From assembly GCA_902589455.1 (NCBI GenBank), contig CACISX010000004.1:6445-70444 (forward strand): a DNA stretch of 64,000 bases, given 5' to 3'. The translations under genes and the position numbers were made by a program. How positions within the stretch are numbered: position 1 is the first letter of the stretch; every line of letters begins with the position of its first letter. Source of the stretch: an uncultured Pelagibacteraceae bacterium. GTDB taxonomy: Bacteria > Pseudomonadota > Alphaproteobacteria > Pelagibacterales > Pelagibacteraceae. The notes beneath the pieces were generated by a model, which saw nothing but the letters and a program-made list of their open reading frames with translations, was not told the origin of the DNA and did no database searches. Of the stretch, positions 59,767-64,000 are shown one piece after another.

Positions 59767-60414
59767 TTATTTTTTAGCTAACAACGTTTCTCCAGAAATT
59801 GCTGTTTGACCCAATTTAACTAGAGGTTCATAATTTTCATAATAAACATCTGCTCTACTACCAAATCTAATCATACCAATTCTATCACCTTGATTAAGGT
59901 GTTGATTGTTATTTGTTTCACAAACTATTCTTCTTGCAATTAATCCTGCAATTTGAACAACTACAATATCATTTCCATGTTTATCTTTTATTTTATAATA
60001 ATTTCTCTCATTGTCTTCGCTTGCTTTATCTAAAGATGCATTTAAAAATTTACCTGGTTTATATAAAATATCTTCAATAGTACCTGAGCACGGTGTTCTG
60101 TTTACATGGCAATCAAAGACGTTCATAAAAATACTTATTTTTTTAAATTTTTTATTTTCTAGCCCAAGTTCTTTTGGACCATCCACCTCTTCAACTTTAA
60201 TCACTTCTCCATCTGCAGGGCTAACTAGATAACTATCATCACCTATAATTGTTCTCTCTGGATCTCTAAAAAAATAATAAACCCAGACAGTTAACAATAT
60301 TCCTATTAAACCTAAAAAATTATTAATAATTAGAAAAATAATAGTTATGAATACAGCTATAACTATAAACTTGTATCCTTCTGTGTGAATCTTTGGAAAT
60401 ATCTTACTAAACAT
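59767..60414 (-). CDS. psd: Phosphatidylserine decarboxylase proenzyme
   Basis: FFRDP, SPADG, IFMNVFDCHVNR, QIAGLIARRI, FGSR self-cleavage site. Confidence 0.93.
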   Translation of the reverse strand: MFSKIFPKIHTEGYKFIVIAVFITIIFLIINNFLGLIGILLTVWVYYFFRDPERTIIGDDSYLVSPADGEVIKVEEVDGPKELGLENKKFKKISIFMNVFDCHVNRTPCSGTIEDILYKPGKFLNASLDKASEDNERNYYKIKDKHGNDIVVVQIAGLIARRIVCETNNNQHLNQGDRIGMIRFGSRADVYYENYEPLVKLGQTAISGETLLAKK

Positions 60415-60490
60415 ATTCTTCTATTTGCTAATTTTCGATTAATATGTATATAAAACGATCAAATTCAATTAATAAGATAATTTTTATTTA

Positions 60491-61705
60491 ATGAGTAAAA
60501 TCAACGTAAAAAACCCAGTTGTTGAGCTGGATGGCGATGAAATGACTCGTATTATATGGGAGTTCATCAAAAATAAATTAATCCTCCCATATCTAGATCT
60601 TGGCATCGAATATTACGATTTAGGCATGAAAAGTAGAGATAATACTGATGATCAGATTACAACCGACTCTGCGAATGCGATCAAAAAAATTGGTGTTGGA
60701 ATAAAGTGTGCGACGATTACCCCTGATGAAGCAAGAGTAGAAGAATTTGATTTAAAAAAAATGTGGAGATCGCCTAACGGAACCATAAGAAATATAATTG
60801 GAGGAACAGTTTTCAGAGAACCAATAATTTGTAAAAATATTCCTAAACTTGTTCCCTCTTGGACAGATCCTGTAATCATTGGAAGACATGCATTTGGAGA
60901 TCAATATAGAGCAACTGATTTTAAAGTTCCTGGAAAAGGAAAAATGGAAGTCAAATGGACATCAGAAGATGGAAAAGATGAAATCAAATATGAGGTTTTT
61001 AATTTCACTGGCCCTGGTGTTGCTTTATCAATGTACAATTTAGATAAGTCAATAGAAGACTTTGCAAGATCTTGTTTTAGTTATGGGTTAATTAAAAAGT
61101 GGCCTGTTTACATGTCTACAAAAAATACAATTCTAAAACAATACGATGGAAGATTTAAAGATATATTCCAAGAAATTTTTGACAAAGAATTCAAAAGTGA
61201 ATTTGAAAAAAATAATTTGACTTACGAACACAGGTTAATTGATGATATGGTTGCATGTGCAATGAAGTGGAGTGGTAAATATATTTGGGCTTGCAAAAAT
61301 TATGATGGAGATGTCCAGTCAGATACTATGGCTCAAGGTTATGGATCTTTAGGTTTAATGACAAGTACATTGTTAACTCCAGATGGAAAAGTAATGGAAG
61401 CAGAAGCTGCACATGGAACAGTTACTAGACATTACAGAATGCATCAACAAGGAAAAGAAACTTCAACTAACCCAATAGCATCAATTTTTGCGTGGACAAG
61501 AGGATTAGCTCACAGAGGTAAATTAGATGGTAATGAAGAGCTAATCAAATTTGCAAAAACTTTAGAAAAAGTTTGCATTGAATGTGTGGAAAGTGGATCA
61601 ATGACAAAAGATTTAGCAATTCTTGTTGGTCCAAATAGTAAATTCTTAACTACAAATCAATTTTTAGATGAAATTGATGGAAATTTGAAAAAGAAATTAA
61701 ACTAA
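60491..61705 (+). CDS. icd: NADP-dependent isocitrate dehydrogenase
   Basis: [46 protein letters not shown]. Confidence 0.97.
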   Translation: MSKINVKNPVVELDGDEMTRIIWEFIKNKLILPYLDLGIEYYDLGMKSRDNTDDQITTDSANAIKKIGVGIKCATITPDEARVEEFDLKKMWRSPNGTIRNIIGGTVFREPIICKNIPKLVPSWTDPVIIGRHAFGDQYRATDFKVPGKGKMEVKWTSEDGKDEIKYEVFNFTGPGVALSMYNLDKSIEDFARSCFSYGLIKKWPVYMSTKNTILKQYDGRFKDIFQEIFDKEFKSEFEKNNLTYEHRLIDDMVACAMKWSGKYIWACKNYDGDVQSDTMAQGYGSLGLMTSTLLTPDGKVMEAEAAHGTVTRHYRMHQQGKETSTNPIASIFAWTRGLAHRGKLDGNEELIKFAKTLEKVCIECVESGSMTKDLAILVGPNSKFLTTNQFLDEIDGNLKKKLN

Positions 61706-64000
61706 ACTCTTAAGCTTTTCAAAAGCTTCCTCAATTTTCGATTGATCCTGTCCACCAGCTTGGGCAAAGTCTTTTCTTCCTCCACCACCTTTACCACCAA
61801 TTATTTCAGATCCAACTTTAACAAATTGAACTGCATCAAATTCACTTGTTAAATTGTCAGTTACTCCAACTGCTAAACCAACCTTGTCATCTTTATTTGC
61901 GAACACAACAACAATACCTGCGCCTAAATCCTTTTTACCTTTATCTACAAGTTTTCTTAATTCTTTTGGAGGCAATCCATCTATTTTTTGAAGTCTTAAT
62001 TTAATTCCATTAATTTCTTCGTCTTTAATAATGTTTTTTGATTTATCTTTTAAAATTGCATTAACTGAAATAGTCTCTAATTGTTTAGTTAAATTTTTAA
62101 TTAAAGTTTTTTGATCAATTTCATCTAAACTTGGTTTTCCTCCAAGTTTAATAATTTGCTGACTTAATTCTTTAATTGTTTCTTCATCTTTTTCTGCAGA
62201 TAAATTTGATAGTTTTTCTTTATTTTGAAGGTATTCCTCCAATTGTTTATCTCTTAACGCCTCAATTCTTCTTACTCCTGCAGCAATTGAAGATTGGCTG
62301 ACAATCTTAAATTTACCAATATCGCCAGTGTTTTTTACGTGCGTACCACCACACAATTCTGTTGAAAAATACTTTCCATCCTCGTCTCCCATGGAAAGAA
62401 CTCTTACTTCATCACCATATTTTTCACCAAATAAAGCCAAAGCACCATTTTCGACTGCCTCATCAGGTGTCATTAATCTAGTTTTTACATCAGATTTTTT
62501 TGAAACCATTATGTTTACAAACTCTTCTATTTTATCGATTTCTTCATTCAAAATTGGCTTCATATGGCTGAAATCAAATCTTAATCTGCTTGGCTCTACC
62601 AAAGATCCTTTCTGAGTGACATGCGTGCCAAGAACTCTTCGTAAGGATTCATGTAGCAGATGGGTTGCTGAGTGATAGGCTCTAGTATTATCTCTTCTTT
62701 CCACATCAATTTTTAGTTCTACATTTTCCTTTAATTTAATTGATCCGCTCTTAACCTTTCCATAATGGACAAATAAATCTCCAATTTTTTTTTGAACATC
62801 AGTCACTTCAAATTTAAACTCATTTGAAACTATCTCACCAGTATCACCAACTTGTCCACCAGACTCACCATAAAAAGGAGTTTGATTTACTATAATCATT
62901 CCCTCCTCATTTTCTTTTAATTGACCTACCTCTTTGTTATCTTTTAAAAGAGATAATACAACACCTTCAGCTTGATTAGTTTCGTATCCTAAAAATTCAG
63001 TTGGCTCAATTTTATCTTTTATTCCAAACCAGATATCTTCAACAGCTGCATCACCAGAACCTTTCCAATTTTTTTTTGCAAGCTCTCTGCTCTCTTTCAT
63101 CAAAGATTGAAACTTTTCAGTATCAATTGACATTGATTTATTTCTTAAAATATCTTCTGTTAGATCTAATGGGAAACCATAGGTGTCATATAATTTAAAA
63201 GCTACTTCACCTGGTAAAACTTTATCTATTTTAGATATTTCATCGTTTAAAATTTTTATTCCTCTATCTAAGAGAACTAAAAATTTTTCTTCTTCCATTT
63301 TTAAAGTTTCTTTAATTAAAGACTCCGCTCTTACAAGTTCTGGATAATTTCCAGACATTTCATTTTTAAGAGTATCAAACAAATTATAAAAAACTGGTTC
63401 CTTAGATCCTAATAAATGAGAATGTCTCATTCCTCTTCTCATAATTCTTCTTAGAACATATCCTCTTCCTTCGTTTGAAGGTAAAACTCCTTCTGCAATT
63501 AAAAATGAACTAGCTCTTAAGTGATCTGCAATAACTCTAAAACTAGAAAGATTAGATTTATCTGATTTAACTTTTACAATTTTAGATGCTGAGTTAATTA
63601 TTTTTTTGAAATGATCTGTTTCATAATTATCATGAGTACCTTGTAGTAAAGCTGCAATTCTCTCTAATCCCATTCCAGTATCAACTGATGGTTTTGGAAG
63701 ATTTATTCTTTTATCTTTTGTAACTTGTTCAAACTGCATAAAGACCAAGTTCCAAATTTCTATAAATCTATCTCCATCCTCGTCTTTAGATCCAGGTAAA
63801 CCTCCAGGTAAATGATCACCATGATCAAAGAATATTTCAGAGCACGGTCCACAAGGACCTGTTTCTCCCATTGACCAAAAATTATCTGATGTAGCAATTC
63901 TTATTATTCTATCATCGCTAAAACCCGCAATTTTCTTCCAAAAATTGAAGGCTTCATCATCTTCGTGAAATACAGTTACATAAAGTCTATTCTTATCTAT
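61697..64000 (-). CDS. alaS: Alanine-tRNA ligase (5' end lies beyond the window)
   Basis: Frame is open to the window edge; [47 protein letters not shown]. Confidence 0.97.
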   Translation of the reverse strand: MDKNRLYVTVFHEDDEAFNFWKKIAGFSDDRIIRIATSDNFWSMGETGPCGPCSEIFFDHGDHLPGGLPGSKDEDGDRFIEIWNLVFMQFEQVTKDKRINLPKPSVDTGMGLERIAALLQGTHDNYETDHFKKIINSASKIVKVKSDKSNLSSFRVIADHLRASSFLIAEGVLPSNEGRGYVLRRIMRRGMRHSHLLGSKEPVFYNLFDTLKNEMSGNYPELVRAESLIKETLKMEEEKFLVLLDRGIKILNDEISKIDKVLPGEVAFKLYDTYGFPLDLTEDILRNKSMSIDTEKFQSLMKESRELAKKNWKGSGDAAVEDIWFGIKDKIEPTEFLGYETNQAEGVVLSLLKDNKEVGQLKENEEGMIIVNQTPFYGESGGQVGDTGEIVSNEFKFEVTDVQKKIGDLFVHYGKVKSGSIKLKENVELKIDVERRDNTRAYHSATHLLHESLRRVLGTHVTQKGSLVEPSRLRFDFSHMKPILNEEIDKIEEFVNIMVSKKSDVKTRLMTPDEAVENGALALFGEKYGDEVRVLSMGDEDGKYFSTELCGGTHVKNTGDIGKFKIVSQSSIAAGVRRIEALRDKQLEEYLQNKEKLSNLSAEKDEETIKELSQQIIKLGGKPSLDEIDQKTLIKNLTKQLETISVNAILKDKSKNIIKDEEINGIKLRLQKIDGLPPKELRKLVDKGKKDLGAGIVVVFANKDDKVGLAVGVTDNLTSEFDAVQFVKVGSEIIGGKGGGGRKDFAQAGGQDQSKIEEAFEKLKSLV

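Noticed and set aside
4125-63198. Many short antisense or alternate-frame ORFs (e.g. 4125-4484, 5295-5639, 27293-27664, 42605-43045, 62328-62615)
   Set aside because: They are shadow ORFs inside well-supported genes, with no recognisable motifs.
1-64000. CRISPR arrays, tRNA/rRNA genes, defence systems
   Set aside because: No regularly spaced repeats or structural RNA signatures were seen apart from the glycine riboswitch, and the intergenic gaps are too short to hold them.

Overview
Very AT-rich, densely packed alphaproteobacterial chromosome segment. The tiny intergenic gaps, Lys/Asn/Ile-rich proteins and gene set strongly suggest SAR11/Candidatus Pelagibacter; this is an inference from composition and gene content. 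From left to right: the end of gshB; an Ehu-family polar amino-acid ABC transporter; MOSC, PhyH and Gfo/Idh/MocA genes; an orphan AsnB-family amidotransferase bracketed by a degenerate duplication of a gene start; a creatinase / amidinotransferase / threonine aldolase operon; Moco maturation genes with an NAD-dependent formate dehydrogenase; SelO; a FOXRED1-like flavoprotein; TspO beside a cfa-DUF1365-FAD oxidoreductase-DUF3833-SDR cluster resembling furan fatty acid genes; gcvTHP under a tandem glycine riboswitch; pxpABC; a ~12.5 kb catabolic cluster; then housekeeping genes (panB, gloA, guaAB, rlmE, pssA, psd, icd, partial alaS). The catabolic cluster holds a TRAP transporter, CoA ligase, CarB-like crotonase, DadA-like oxidase, ThDP enzyme, racemase, TauE, GGT and a DoeA-like hydrolase. 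It is the best candidate for an undescribed system, because its crotonase carries carboxymethylproline-synthase (CarB) signature residues but no carbapenem genes lie next to it. No tRNA, rRNA, CRISPR array, integrase or transposase was seen. All family calls come from motif recognition; no database search was run.
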